Source of the DNA: Sphingomicrobium sp.
Lineage (GTDB): Bacteria; Pseudomonadota; Alphaproteobacteria; Sphingomonadales; Sphingomonadaceae
Assembly: GCA_045811425.1 (NCBI GenBank)
Contig: JBJMUA010000035.1
Coordinates: 3,379-67,378, forward strand
Length of the DNA stretch: 64,000 bases
Direction of reading: 5' to 3'
The notes below the pieces were generated by a model. It was not told the origin of the DNA. It did not search any database and was given only the letters and a program-made list of their open reading frames with translations. Position numbers and translations under genes: made by a program. Below, piece by piece: positions 51,462-62,353 of this stretch (position 1 is the first letter of the stretch; every line of letters starts with the position of its first letter).

Positions 51462-52708
51462 GATGCCCTCTCCAGCTCGCGCCAGCCAATGTCGCGGCGA
51501 TGGAAGCCGTCCGCGAAATCGATCGCATCGACGGCGCGATAGGCCCGGTCGCGTGCTTCACCCAGCGAATGGCCCCGCGCGGTGACCGCCAGGACGCGGC
51601 CGCCGCTGGCCACCAGCTGGCCCTCGCTCAACGTGGTCCCGGCCTGGAAGACGACGACGCCCGGCACATCCTCCGCCGCGTCCAGCGCGCGAACAGCGCC
51701 GCCCTTGGCCGGCGTGGCGGGATAGCCGCTGGCGGCCACAATGACCGTCATGGTCGTGTCGCCGGACAACTTGGGTGCCTCGAACTCCCCGCCAGTCGCT
51801 ACCGCGTGCAAGAGCGCTGCGAAATCCCCTTCGATGCGTGGCATGATGGCCTCGCACTCCGGATCGCCGAAACGGACATTATATTCGATCAGCTTGGGGC
51901 CGTCGGCGGTCAGCATCAGCCCGGCAAAAAGGACTCCGCTGAACGGCGTGCCCGCAGCGGCCATCGCGCGGGCGGTCGGCTCGATGATTTCGCGCATTGC
52001 GCGGGATTCCAGCTCGGCCGTCAGGACGGGGGCGGGGGAATAGGCTCCCATGCCGCCGGTGTTGGGCCCGGTGTCGCCTTCCCCGACGCGCTTATGGTCC
52101 TGTGCCGACGCCAGCGCGATGGCGCGGGTGCCATCGACCAGCGCGAACAGGCTGGCTTCCTCGCCGTCCAGATATTCCTCGACCACCATCGGCCCGTCCC
52201 CGGCGGCCCGAATCGCCGCCTCGGCCTCATCGCGGCTCATCGCAACCGTGACGCCCTTGCCTGCCGCGAGCCCATCGGCCTTGATCACCACCGGAATCGA
52301 AAATCGGTCGAGTGCAGAAAGTGAGGCCGCTTCGGTCTCGACCCGAACATAGGCGCCGGTGGGGATGCCGGCGTCTGCGCAAAGATCCTTGGTGAAGCCC
52401 TTCGATCCTTCCAAGCGGGCAGCGGCTGCACTGGGGCCGAATGTTGCGATGCCCGCCGCCCGGGCCGCATCCGCGACGCCGGCAACCAAGGGCGCCTCGG
52501 GGCCGACGACGATCAGGTCGATGCCACGCTCGGAAGCAAGCGAGACCACGGCCCCGGGGTCGCATGGGTCGATCGCAACGCATTCCGCCCAGCGCGCGAT
52601 GCCGGGATTGCCCGGCGCCGCGATCAGCAGGCTGCAGCTTGGCGATTGCTTCAACCGCCATGCCAGCGCATCTTCGCGCCCGCCCGATCCCAGCAGCAGG
52701 ATATTCAT
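51458..52708 (-). CDS. purD: Phosphoribosylamine--glycine ligase
   Basis: [52 protein letters not shown]. Confidence 0.96.
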   Translation of the reverse strand: MNILLLGSGGREDALAWRLKQSPSCSLLIAAPGNPGIARWAECVAIDPCDPGAVVSLASERGIDLIVVGPEAPLVAGVADAARAAGIATFGPSAAAARLEGSKGFTKDLCADAGIPTGAYVRVETEAASLSALDRFSIPVVIKADGLAAGKGVTVAMSRDEAEAAIRAAGDGPMVVEEYLDGEEASLFALVDGTRAIALASAQDHKRVGEGDTGPNTGGMGAYSPAPVLTAELESRAMREIIEPTARAMAAAGTPFSGVLFAGLMLTADGPKLIEYNVRFGDPECEAIMPRIEGDFAALLHAVATGGEFEAPKLSGDTTMTVIVAASGYPATPAKGGAVRALDAAEDVPGVVVFQAGTTLSEGQLVASGGRVLAVTARGHSLGEARDRAYRAVDAIDFADGFHRRDIGWRELERAS

Positions 52709-54113
52709 GCCTCTCCCCGACGATCTCGATACCAATCGCCTCCTAGCGGAGGAGGCGAGCGGCGACAACGCGCCGGCGCTTTCGGTCAGCGAGTTGTCGG
52801 GCGCGTTGAAACGAACCATCGAGTCGGCATTCGGCCTGGTTCGGGTACGCGGGGAAATCAGTGGCTGGAAGCGGCATGCCTCGGGCCATTGCTATTTCAC
52901 CTTGAAGGACGAAGCGGCCTGCATCGACGCGGTAATCTGGAAGGGCCAGGCGGCCGGCCTGGCTTTCAAGCCGGAGGACGGCGCTGAGGTCATCGCCACC
53001 GGCAAGCTCACCACCTATGCCGGCCGTTCCAAATATCAGATCGTCGTCAATCGTATGGAACTTGCCGGAGAGGGCGCACTGATGGCCCTCCTCGACAAGC
53101 GCCGCCGCGCCCTGGCGGCCGAAGGGCTGTTTGACGAAGCCAAGAAGCGCAAGCTGCCGTTCCTGCCGCGTGTGATCGGCGTCGTGACCTCGCCCACCGG
53201 TGCCGTCATCCGCGACATATTGCACCGCCTGGAAGATCGCTGCCCAACGCATGTCATCGTCTGGCCGGTGCCGGTTCAGGGAGAGGGCGCCGCCGAGAAG
53301 GTCGCGGCGGCAATCCGCGGATTTGCCTCCTTCACTCCCCGGCCCGACCTGATCATCGTCGCCCGCGGTGGCGGCTCGATAGAGGATTTGTGGGCGTTCA
53401 ACGAAGAAGAGGTGGTGCGCGCCGCCGCTGCCTCGCCGATTCCCCTGATCTCGGCCGTCGGCCACGAAACCGACACCACATTGATCGACTTCGCCTCGGA
53501 TCGCAGAGCGCCGACTCCGACGGCTGCTGCGGAGATTGCTGTCCCGGTGCGGGCCGAGCTGGCCGCTCTCCTGACCGAGCTCGATCATCGCATGTCGGCC
53601 TGCGTCACGCGGACGTCGGCTCGCGCTTCAGAGCGGCTCGATCTCATATCTTCCCGCTGGCCGGAAGGAACCAACCTTTTCGCGCCCTTCTCGCAACGGC
53701 TCGACGATGCCGGCGAGCGGCTGCCGCGCGCCCTGATCCAGCGCACTGCGCACGCCCGCGGCGATCTCGCTGCGGTGGCGCCGCGCCTGCAGGACCGCCT
53801 CCTTCGCGAGCGTATTTCCCGTGCGCGGGAGAATCTGGGGTCGCTGTGGCGGCTGGCCGAGCTGGCCCATCCCGAGCGGCCGCTGCAGCGCGGCTTCGTC
53901 CGCGTCACGGACCGCGCCGGCAAGACGATCATCCATGCCGCGGACGCCCGTGCGGCTGCACAAGTCGACCTCCACTTTGCAGACGGCCGGGTGGCTGCCC
54001 ATATAGGCGACGGAATGGCGCCAATACCCTTCCGCCCGGCAAAACGGGTTGAGCGCAAGGGCTCATCGTCCTATCCGCCCGGCCAGCCAGGGCTGTTCGA
54101 TAGCGAGGATTGA
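52707..54113 (+). CDS. xseA: Exodeoxyribonuclease VII large subunit
   Basis: [56 protein letters not shown]. Confidence 0.96.
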   Translation: MPLPDDLDTNRLLAEEASGDNAPALSVSELSGALKRTIESAFGLVRVRGEISGWKRHASGHCYFTLKDEAACIDAVIWKGQAAGLAFKPEDGAEVIATGKLTTYAGRSKYQIVVNRMELAGEGALMALLDKRRRALAAEGLFDEAKKRKLPFLPRVIGVVTSPTGAVIRDILHRLEDRCPTHVIVWPVPVQGEGAAEKVAAAIRGFASFTPRPDLIIVARGGGSIEDLWAFNEEEVVRAAAASPIPLISAVGHETDTTLIDFASDRRAPTPTAAAEIAVPVRAELAALLTELDHRMSACVTRTSARASERLDLISSRWPEGTNLFAPFSQRLDDAGERLPRALIQRTAHARGDLAAVAPRLQDRLLRERISRARENLGSLWRLAELAHPERPLQRGFVRVTDRAGKTIIHAADARAAAQVDLHFADGRVAAHIGDGMAPIPFRPAKRVERKGSSSYPPGQPGLFDSED

Positions 54114-54115
54114 AA

Positions 54116-54325
54116 ATGTTGATGGGCAGCGGCCAACGCGAAGCCAAGATCCATTATCTGGACGGCACGTTCCGCCTTTTGTCGGCGGGCGACCACGTCC
54201 GCTGCGCCATCACCGGCGCGGTCATCCCGCTCGACGAGCTGCGCTATTGGTCGGTGGCCCGGCAGGAAGCCTATGCCGATGCCGCCGCCAGCCTGGAGGC
54301 GGAACGCCGCGCCGGCTTGATCTAG
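54116..54325 (+). CDS. DUF2093 family protein
   Basis: AKIHYLDGTF...G.HVRCAITG..IPLDELRYWSV.RQEAY. Confidence 0.85.
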   Translation: MLMGSGQREAKIHYLDGTFRLLSAGDHVRCAITGAVIPLDELRYWSVARQEAYADAAASLEAERRAGLI

Positions 54326-54370
54326 CGCCATGCTTCGCAATTCATGAGCCTGGATGACTAAGGTAGAGCA

Positions 54371-55330
54371 ATGGCGCGACACCCAATTCTCAACCAGGCA
54401 ATCGCCCTATCCAATGCCGGGCGGAATGCCGAAGCGGTCGCGCTGCTGCGCCAAGTCGCGTCAACTGGCGATCCCGAGGGTCTAGGCGCGCTGGCTGAGT
54501 TAACGTGGCGAGGCGGGCTGGTTGAGCAGGACCCCGTCCGAGCACGAACCCTGTACGAGCAGGCAGCGGCGCGAGGGCACGCAAAGGCTGCCCTGACCCT
54601 AACCAACCTGTTGGCTAGTGGAGTCGCCGGGAAGCAGGATTGGCGCCAGGCGATCTCCAGGCTCCGTGAAGAGGCCAAGATGAACCCCGCGAGGAAGCGG
54701 GCGCTCGACCTGATTGAGGCGATGGAATTGGATGCCCACGGCGATCCGCTGGTCGTAGCGGAAGGCAAGCGGCTGAGCACCGATCCTGATGTACAGCATT
54801 TCGAAGGCCTTCTTACGGAAGCAGAGTGTGACTATCTGAGGCGGGCGACTGGAGACGCCTTCGAACCATCGATGGTCTTTGATTCGAACCGACGCCTGGT
54901 TCAGGATCAGATCCGAACATCTGACGGAGCCGCCATTCACTGGCTGATTGAAGATCCGGCAGTTGTTGCGCTCAACCGTCGGGTCGCGGCCATCAGTCAC
55001 AGCGCCTATGAGAATGGCGAGGCGCTAGCCTTGCTCCGCTATTCTCCCGGCCAGGAATATCGGCCGCATTTTGACTTCGTGACCGGTGCGGCCAACCGCC
55101 GTCTTCAGACGGCGCTGATCTATCTCAACGACAATTATGAGGGCGGGCAAACGCGCTTTGTTCAAACTGGATTGTGCGTCAAAGGCGGCACCGGCGACGT
55201 GATTCTATTCCGAAATGAGGGAGCCGACGGCGGCCCCAATCCCTTGAGCGAACATGCTGGGATGCCGGTCACGCAAGGAATCAAATATCTGGCGACGCGT
55301 TGGATCAGGGAATTCCGCTGGATCCCATGA
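54371..55330 (+). CDS. Sel1-repeat + prolyl-4-hydroxylase-like 2OG-Fe(II) oxygenase
   Basis: Sel1-like QDPVRARTLYEQAAARGH; RTS, Y..GQEYRPHFD, YLN...GG.T.F, HAG.PV..G.K...TRW. Confidence 0.85.
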   Translation: MARHPILNQAIALSNAGRNAEAVALLRQVASTGDPEGLGALAELTWRGGLVEQDPVRARTLYEQAAARGHAKAALTLTNLLASGVAGKQDWRQAISRLREEAKMNPARKRALDLIEAMELDAHGDPLVVAEGKRLSTDPDVQHFEGLLTEAECDYLRRATGDAFEPSMVFDSNRRLVQDQIRTSDGAAIHWLIEDPAVVALNRRVAAISHSAYENGEALALLRYSPGQEYRPHFDFVTGAANRRLQTALIYLNDNYEGGQTRFVQTGLCVKGGTGDVILFRNEGADGGPNPLSEHAGMPVTQGIKYLATRWIREFRWIP

Positions 55331-55339
55331 GCTGCTCGG

Positions 55340-55870
55340 TCAGCCGACGCGCCTGCCCTTGACCCCCCGGTTGCTTCCGATGCGGAGCATATAGCTGCCC
55401 AGCGGACCGCGCTTGATCAGGATCTTGTCGCCCGCCCGCGGATCTCGCATGGTTCCGTAGGTCTCGGTCGTTTCCCACACGGCATCGCCCTCCGCGACGA
55501 TGATCCGGAACTTGCCGTAACCAATCCCGCTGGCGCTCTTGACCGTCGTTTCCAACGTGTCCGACACCGCGTCAGCCGTATCGTCGCCGGAGAAGAAGGG
55601 AACTTTCGGCATGGCGAAGCCGAACAGGGATTTGCGCGCCTGGCGCACTTCGGACTTGTCGACCACGGCGACATCGCCCTTTTGTGCCGCGTCCAGCAGC
55701 GCCCCTGCCTCTTTGTCATAGCAGGCGAGCCTCTGGGTCGGGTCGGCGAGTGCCCGGCATGTCTGCAGGGCGCCGACCAACGGCGAGGTTTTCGGCGGCT
55801 CCTTGGCCAGGGTTGAAGTGGAAAGCGCCGCGAGCGCGAGCAACGAAACGATTGGCAACAGCTTCTTCAT
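55340..55870 (-). CDS. Secreted hypothetical protein (C...RLACYD motif)
   Basis: Signal peptide; CRALADPTQRLACYD; SLFGF; C-terminal OB-like beta region. Confidence 0.7.
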   Translation of the reverse strand: MKKLLPIVSLLALAALSTSTLAKEPPKTSPLVGALQTCRALADPTQRLACYDKEAGALLDAAQKGDVAVVDKSEVRQARKSLFGFAMPKVPFFSGDDTADAVSDTLETTVKSASGIGYGKFRIIVAEGDAVWETTETYGTMRDPRAGDKILIKRGPLGSYMLRIGSNRGVKGRRVG

Positions 55871-56280
55871 CAAACATCCCCGCCGTCAATGTGTTGGCGC
55901 CATAGGTGCCATGCGCGGGCAGAAGGGTCCAGACCCGGCTCCGGCGAACCTGATATCGCGACGACCGGACATTCGGGAAGTGACCGAACGCAGCCGGACA
56001 GCAGTGACTATCTTGCAATGAACGAGCGCGCCTGAGCGTTGTTTTTGACCATATGAACGGCAGGCCCCTGACGTTGATCTGCATCAATGAAACGCTCGAC
56101 CGGGCCGCAATTTCAATCTGTGTTGGAAATGTCACAGCCTTGTCGTGAATCGCATCGGCCCCTCTGGCGTCCGTTGCTTCCACGCCCTGCTTCACCCTAG
56201 GAAGAAGGGCATTTGTCGGCATGCCGACTGCGTTATTGCGTGATCAATGCGCCTCAAGAGCGCTTTGTAAGGGGAAGACA

Positions 56281-59200
56281 ATGTCGAATAGGTACTTCAG
56301 GTCCTCGCTGCTTGCGACGACCGTGATCGCGGGCATGGCTTACGCCGCTCCTGCATTTGCGCAGGACGCACCTCCGCCTCCGCCGGAAGAGAATACGTCA
56401 ACCGATGCCCAGGCTCCGGGTGTCACCACTCAGGAAGCTGCCACCCAGGAGGCTCAGGCCGAGGGTGAAGACATCGTCGTTACCGGTACGCTGATCCGCA
56501 ATCCGAACCTCGAGCAGTCGACCCCGGTCAACGTGACCACGTCGGACGCGATCGAGCTCAAGCAGTCGAACGTCGCTGAAGAAGTATTGCGCGAACTGCC
56601 TGGCGTCGTTGCGTCGATCGGTTCGGCCGTCAATAACGGCAACGGCGGCTCGTCGTTCGTCGATCTTCGCGGCCTCGGCTCGATCCGCAACATCGTCCTG
56701 CTCGACGGCAATCGCCTGGTCCCGACCGGACTGCTCGGCCGCGTCGACTTGAACAACATCCCGCTGGCCCTGGTCGAGCGCGTCGACGCGCTGACCGGCG
56801 CCGCCGTGACCACCTATGGTGCCGACGCCATCACCGGCGTCGTCAACTTCATCACCCGCCGCGACTTCGCGGGCGTCGAAGTGGCGGCTTCGGACCAGAT
56901 CACCGAACAGGGTGACGGCAATTATCTCCGCGCCGACCTTACCCTGGGCGCCAACTTCGACGACGGCCGCGGCAACGCGGTTCTGAGCGTCGGCTACCAG
57001 GAATCGGATCCCGTCTATCAGGGCGCTCGCGACTTCTCGGTCGTCCAGGTTTCGTCCTACACCGGCGGCGCCGCCGGATCAGGCACGGCGGTTCCGTCGC
57101 GCTTCACCGGCGCTCGTGCCCTCGACGCGAGCTGCGTGCCTTTCGGCGACGTGGGACTTGCCAACTCCACCCGTAACCGCGGTTCCTCGCAGATCAACAA
57201 CCTCGGGGATGGCCGGCCCTGCCCGGGCGGCCTGACCGCCGGCCTCTATGCGCCGTTCAACTTCAACCCGTTCAACATCTTCCAGACGCCGTTCAAGCGG
57301 TACAACATCTTGGGCCAGGCCCACTATGAAGTGTCCGACGCGGTCGAGGTTTATGCTCGCGGGCTGTTCTCGAAGAACAACGTCAAGACGATCATCGCTC
57401 CGTCGGGCTCGTTCGGCGGCACCGTGGTGGTCAACCTCAACAACCCGTTCCTGCCGGCGACCTTGCGCAACCAGTTCTGCGCATTCGACACCTCGCCTCC
57501 GGTTCGTGACGCGGCCGGGAACATCATCTCCGATCCCTACACACCGCGCTTCACGCCGGCGGAATGCGCCGCGGCCGCCACGGCGACGGGTCCGAGCGAT
57601 CCCAACTATCGCACGGTCACGACCGCTCTCAGCCGTCGTACGACGGAAGTCGGTCCGCGTATCAGCGACTTCCAGACGACCACCTTCGATTCGCGTATTG
57701 GTCTGCGCGGCCCGCTGACCAGCACGGTCGACTGGGACGTCCAGGCCGCCTATGGCGAATCCGAAAACGTTCAGGAAATCCAGAACTACACCTTGCAGTC
57801 GCGCTTCCGGGCCGGCTCGCTGGTCAATGGCACGCTTGCCAACCCGACCTGCGCCGACGTCGGCGGGGTTGACTGCGTGCCGATCGACATCTTCGGTCCC
57901 GAAGGGTCGATCACCCCGGCAATGGTGGACTTCCTCAACGAAACCAGCACGACCCGGCTCAAGACGACGCTCGCTCAGCTCCGCGGCATCGTCTCGGGCG
58001 ACTTCGGCTATGCGCTGCCCTGGGCGGCCCAGCCGATCGGCTTCGCGGTCGGTGCCGAGTACCGCAAGTACCGCGGCACGCAGTCTTCGGACCTCCTGGC
58101 CAAGACCCCGGGTGAGCTGGGCGGCGCCGGCGGCGCAGCTCCGGACATCAATGGCGCCTACTCCGTCTACGAAGGTTATGGCGAGCTCATCGCCCCGATC
58201 GTCGAGGACAAGGAGTTCTTCGAAAGCCTGACCTTCGAAACCGGCGTCCGCTACTCGCACTATGAAGTGTCGGGCGAGGATATCAGCAACGACACCTGGA
58301 CCTGGAAGGCCGGCGGTAGCTGGGAGCCCGGTTGGGGCGTCAAGATCCGCGGCAATTACAGCCACGCGGTCCGCGCTCCGAACCTGTTCGAGTTGTTCAA
58401 TCCGCCGACGGTCGGCCTGACCAACCTGGGTATCGATCCCTGCGCCGGTAATGCGCCGAACGTCAATGCCGACTTGCGCGCGGTCTGTATTGCCCAGGGT
58501 GCTCCTCCGGGAACGATCGGCCAGATCACCAACCCGACGGCGGCCCAGGCCAACATCCTGACTGGCGGCAACGTCAATCTGGAGCCGGAAAAGGCCAATA
58601 CCTGGACCTTGGGCGTGGTGTTCGTGCCCGAGTTCCTGCCGAAGTTCTCGATGTCGATCGATTACTACAACATCCGCGTGAAGGACGTTATCGGCACGGC
58701 AACACCGGGCGACTTGATCAACGCCTGCTTCGGTACCATCACCTCGGCGAGCGTGACCGATCCGGACTGCCTGGTCATCGGCCGTAACCCGATCACCGGC
58801 GGCCTCGACGGCGATCCGGCGACCACTCAGGGCCTGTTCGGTCTCACGACCAACCTGGGCGAGCTGTTCACCGACGGTGTGGACCTGATCGCGAACTACA
58901 AGACCAGCGTCGGCTTTGGCGACCTGGCCTTCTCGTTCGTCGGCAACTGGACCAACAATTCGGAGTTCAACTCGAACGTCGCCTCGGAAGACAGCTTCTT
59001 CCGCGAATGCGCCGGCTTCTACAGCGTCAACTGCTCTTTCACTGGCTCGATCCAGCCGAAGCTGCAGTTCTCGCAGCGCACGACCCTCACCATGGGTAAG
59101 GTCGACCTGTCGCTGTTGTGGCGCTGGATCGACAGTGTGAAGCTCGAGCCGCGCCAACTCGAGGCTGACGCTCTTGCGGCGGATGCTGCAAATCGGGACG

Positions 59201-59538
59201 CGAACGGCAACCTGCTGGCCGTCCCCGGGACGCCGGCTCAGATTGGCGCTCCGGGCTTCCAAGGTTGTCCGGACTTTAACGGTGCCGATGCGGGCGGCTG
59301 CATGATCGACGAAGAGTTCCGCAAGATTCCGGCGGAGCATTATTTCGATCTGACCGCGCGGTTCAACGCTACCGACAACATGACCTTCACCTTCACGGTG
59401 CAGAACCTGCTGGACAACCAGCCGAAGGTCGTCGGCAACACCATCGGTTCGACCACCTTCAACAGCGGCAACGTCTTCCCGTCGACCTACGACGCGTTGG
59501 GACGCCGCTATGCGGTCGGTGCCAAGCTGAAGTTCTAA
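56281..59538 (+). CDS. TonB-dependent receptor, Cys-rich
   Basis: Signal peptide, EDIVVTGTLIR TonB box, DLRGLG..R..VLLDG plug, YGADAI.GVVNFI, C-terminal YDALGRRY...KF; 14 Cys. Confidence 0.95.
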   Translation: MSNRYFRSSLLATTVIAGMAYAAPAFAQDAPPPPPEENTSTDAQAPGVTTQEAATQEAQAEGEDIVVTGTLIRNPNLEQSTPVNVTTSDAIELKQSNVAEEVLRELPGVVASIGSAVNNGNGGSSFVDLRGLGSIRNIVLLDGNRLVPTGLLGRVDLNNIPLALVERVDALTGAAVTTYGADAITGVVNFITRRDFAGVEVAASDQITEQGDGNYLRADLTLGANFDDGRGNAVLSVGYQESDPVYQGARDFSVVQVSSYTGGAAGSGTAVPSRFTGARALDASCVPFGDVGLANSTRNRGSSQINNLGDGRPCPGGLTAGLYAPFNFNPFNIFQTPFKRYNILGQAHYEVSDAVEVYARGLFSKNNVKTIIAPSGSFGGTVVVNLNNPFLPATLRNQFCAFDTSPPVRDAAGNIISDPYTPRFTPAECAAAATATGPSDPNYRTVTTALSRRTTEVGPRISDFQTTTFDSRIGLRGPLTSTVDWDVQAAYGESENVQEIQNYTLQSRFRAGSLVNGTLANPTCADVGGVDCVPIDIFGPEGSITPAMVDFLNETSTTRLKTTLAQLRGIVSGDFGYALPWAAQPIGFAVGAEYRKYRGTQSSDLLAKTPGELGGAGGAAPDINGAYSVYEGYGELIAPIVEDKEFFESLTFETGVRYSHYEVSGEDISNDTWTWKAGGSWEPGWGVKIRGNYSHAVRAPNLFELFNPPTVGLTNLGIDPCAGNAPNVNADLRAVCIAQGAPPGTIGQITNPTAAQANILTGGNVNLEPEKANTWTLGVVFVPEFLPKFSMSIDYYNIRVKDVIGTATPGDLINACFGTITSASVTDPDCLVIGRNPITGGLDGDPATTQGLFGLTTNLGELFTDGVDLIANYKTSVGFGDLAFSFVGNWTNNSEFNSNVASEDSFFRECAGFYSVNCSFTGSIQPKLQFSQRTTLTMGKVDLSLLWRWIDSVKLEPRQLEADALAADAANRDANGNLLAVPGTPAQIGAPGFQGCPDFNGADAGGCMIDEEFRKIPAEHYFDLTARFNATDNMTFTFTVQNLLDNQPKVVGNTIGSTTFNSGNVFPSTYDALGRRYAVGAKLKF

Positions 59539-59564
59539 ACGGACTTCGGTCAGTTAAAGGGGAG

Positions 59565-59591
59565 GGGCGGGCAGAAATGCCCGCCCTTTTT
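59565..59591 (+). terminator. Intrinsic terminator after the TBDR
   Basis: GGGCGGGCA-GAAA-TGCCCGCCC-TTTTT. Confidence 0.85.
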
Positions 59592-59639
59592 CTGTGGCGG
59601 CAATGATGTGAAGCGCTGCCTCGCGGCAGCGACTGCAGA

Positions 59640-60653
59640 TTAGAGCGCTAGCGGCAGCTCCAGCGAAATGCCGCGCCGCTCCCCGACCACGCGGACCCAT
59701 TCGGCGACCTTCTCAATTTCCTCGCCGAAGGTTTCGCGTGCTCGGGCCTGGTCCATTTGCCTCTCCCCGCGCTCGAAGGCGGCGCCCGACTTGCTATTGA
59801 GAAGGATGGCCGGATGGTCGGCATAGTCCGCCGGATCCTGGTCGCGCAGGCCAAAATGCGCGGCGACCCTCGCCACCATTTCTGCCGGTTCGCGGGTCAG
59901 CCTTTCGCTATCCAGCGTGGCAATTCGCTCCGGCCCGAAATGCTTGGCCATTCGATGAAACTGCATGTGCTGGGCCAGCCAGCCGACGCCGGCGACCTGC
60001 AGGTCGGTCTGACGAAGATAGTCGCGGGCCTCGAAGCCTAGGTCGACCATGCCGTCCTGCAACAGGCCTTCCAGCAGCTCACGAACCCACAGGCGGCACC
60101 ACATGCCCTTGCGGGCCACCGACAGCAGGAACTCGTCAATCGGCGCGTGGAGCAGCAGCGCCTTCGCGCCCGGCCGCAGCGCCAGCGCGCCAAGCGCAAG
60201 CCCGTTGTAGATATTTGAAGGTTTGACCACGACCGCCTCGCCGGGGGCCCAGGCGCGCGAAAGCTGGCCCAGCGCGTCATCCATCACCTTGGCATGCAGC
60301 GGTACTTCGGCACCTCGTTTCCGCCAGCCGACCATGTCGTTCAAGATAACCGGCTCGGAAATCCCCATGGCGCTGCCTTGGCGGTCGAGCGCGCGCACCA
60401 GCATGGTCGAAGCACAAAAGGCGGAGTGGAAGATGAAATGTATCGGCGCCTGCTGGCTGAGCAGCGCGGCCGCCTGCTCACGCGCGATGACCACCGGCTT
60501 CGCCTCCTTGCCCAGATAATCATCGATCGCGAACGGAACCTCGGCGTGCCGTGCCCGGGTCACATGACGATATTGGAACGCATCGGCCTGTTCGTCATAG
60601 CGATGAGCCAGCCATTCTGGGTCGGCCACGGTCCGGGCTGGGTCATTGCTCAT
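59640..60653 (-). CDS. Sulfotransferase-like P-loop protein
   Basis: HFIFHSAFCASTMLVRAL resembles the 5'-PSB loop (FxFHxxxxGSTLL); SEP..L, VVVKP. Confidence 0.55.
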   Translation of the reverse strand: MSNDPARTVADPEWLAHRYDEQADAFQYRHVTRARHAEVPFAIDDYLGKEAKPVVIAREQAAALLSQQAPIHFIFHSAFCASTMLVRALDRQGSAMGISEPVILNDMVGWRKRGAEVPLHAKVMDDALGQLSRAWAPGEAVVVKPSNIYNGLALGALALRPGAKALLLHAPIDEFLLSVARKGMWCRLWVRELLEGLLQDGMVDLGFEARDYLRQTDLQVAGVGWLAQHMQFHRMAKHFGPERIATLDSERLTREPAEMVARVAAHFGLRDQDPADYADHPAILLNSKSGAAFERGERQMDQARARETFGEEIEKVAEWVRVVGERRGISLELPLAL

Positions 60654-60697
60654 GCATCGACCTTGCCGTCGGCTCCGCCCGCTGGCAAGCAACCCAA

Positions 60698-61882
60698 ATG
60701 TCACAAACCGTGCAGCAGGCCGCCGTACATAACAGCCAGGGGATGAATGCCCTGCGCCAAGGCGACTTCAAGACGGCGGCCGCGGCGTTCGAACGGGCAG
60801 TGGCGGCGGACCCCAGTTCGGGGGCGCTGCTGCGCAACCTCGCCTCCGCCCACCGGGGTGCGGGGGATGATGCCGCCGAGCTTGCAGCGCTTGATCGAGC
60901 GCTCGACCTCGATCGCCGGGACGTGGTGGCCTGGATGCGCAAGGCCGAGCTGCACCAGCGGCGAGAGGAGAAGGGCGAGGCATTCGAGGCGTGGAACGCG
61001 GCGCTGACCCTCGCCGAACAGCTGCGCCCGTGGGGCGGGCCGATGGCCAGCGCATTGGAGCAGGGCGCAGCATTCGTTGCGACCGGCATCCAGGCCATCC
61101 GCGCTATGGTCGACACCGACCTTGCGCCGCTCGCCGCCAGGCTCGACGAAACCGAGCAGCGCCGGTCGCGGGCGTTCATCGAACGGGCGCTCGGCCAGCG
61201 GCGGATATTCGTCAATGAATGCCACGGACTTTGCTATCCGTTCCTTCCGGCCGACGAATTCTTCGACCAGAAACATTTTCCCTGGTTTTCGCAGCTGGCC
61301 GAAGCGACCGATGCGATTCGGACCGAACTGCTCGATCTGATGAAGGAGCCGGGGGAGGCGCTGCGGCCTTATGTCCGGATGGAATCGGGCATTGGCGAGA
61401 CCAAATGGTCGGGGCTCGACAACAGCCTCGATTGGGGCGCGATTTTCCTGTGGGAATATGGTGAGCGGAACCTGCCTGTCCTGGAGCGCTGCCCCGTCAC
61501 GGCCCGGACGTTGGAAGCACTGCCCGGCGCCAAGATTCCCGGGCGGGCGCCCAGCGCCTTCTTCTCCATGCTGAAACCGCACACGCGCATTCCGCCGCAT
61601 ACGGGCGTCACCAATACCAGGGCGATCATCCACCTGCCGCTGATCGTTCCCGAAGGATGCGGATTCCGCGTCGGCGGCGAAACCCGTCCCTGGGTCGAGG
61701 GCAAGCCGTTCGCGTTCGACGACACGATCGAGCATGAGGCATGGAATGACAGCGACGAGCTCCGTTCGGTGCTGATCTTCGATGTCTGGAACCCGCACTT
61801 GACCAAGCTGGAGCAGGACGTGATTGCCCGCTATTATGCTGCGTCGGACGCTACGGGCTATAATGCCCGCCGCGGCGAATGA
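60698..61882 (+). CDS. TPR + aspartyl/asparaginyl beta-hydroxylase family 2OG oxygenase
   Basis: N-terminal TPRs; CP.T, FFSML.P...IPPHTG, HLPL, FDDTIEHEAWN, R.VLIFDVW. Confidence 0.9.
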   Translation: MSQTVQQAAVHNSQGMNALRQGDFKTAAAAFERAVAADPSSGALLRNLASAHRGAGDDAAELAALDRALDLDRRDVVAWMRKAELHQRREEKGEAFEAWNAALTLAEQLRPWGGPMASALEQGAAFVATGIQAIRAMVDTDLAPLAARLDETEQRRSRAFIERALGQRRIFVNECHGLCYPFLPADEFFDQKHFPWFSQLAEATDAIRTELLDLMKEPGEALRPYVRMESGIGETKWSGLDNSLDWGAIFLWEYGERNLPVLERCPVTARTLEALPGAKIPGRAPSAFFSMLKPHTRIPPHTGVTNTRAIIHLPLIVPEGCGFRVGGETRPWVEGKPFAFDDTIEHEAWNDSDELRSVLIFDVWNPHLTKLEQDVIARYYAASDATGYNARRGE

Positions 61883-61975
61883 GTCTTGCTTTGTTCATCG
61901 CAAGTTGATTCGTTTTATGGAATATCGGCCAATCGGCGGAGGAAGATCCCGCCCGGAATAGTGAAGGAGCCTAGC

Positions 61976-62290
61976 ATGCGAGTAATCATAGTTGCGGCGC
62001 TGAGCATGGCCTTGGCTGCTCCAGCATTTGCGGCCGCCGACAAGCAGCCGCCCAGCCGCATGCCGTCGGAAATGACCCCGACCGAGATCAAGGCCTATAA
62101 TGCCGACATTGCGCGCAACCATCCCTATTACATCGTCTGCCGGAAGACCGAGACGATGGGCTCGCTGGTGAAGAAGCTCCGCGTTTGCAGGACCAACGAG
62201 CAGTGGAAGGAAGCCTCGGCCAAGGGCAACGAAAACACCAGGGAAATGGTTGAAGGGTTCGCGCGCTCCGGGGGAACCAACGGCAATTAA
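61976..62290 (+). CDS. Small secreted two-Cys protein, copy 1
   Basis: AAGGAG RBS; signal peptide; CRKTETMGSLVKKLRVCRTNEQW. Confidence 0.75.
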   Translation: MRVIIVAALSMALAAPAFAAADKQPPSRMPSEMTPTEIKAYNADIARNHPYYIVCRKTETMGSLVKKLRVCRTNEQWKEASAKGNENTREMVEGFARSGGTNGN

Positions 62291-62353
62291 ATTGGCCGGC
62301 GAAGTTGGTAGACGGCATACGAGTTTTGCGCGGATTATTTTAGGGAGCTTACC

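Noticed and set aside
57079-59340. 753-aa antisense ORF inside the TBDR (likewise 14281-16026, 37407-39272, 44080-45624)
   Set aside because: Shadow ORFs expected from strong GC3 codon bias opposite well-supported genes
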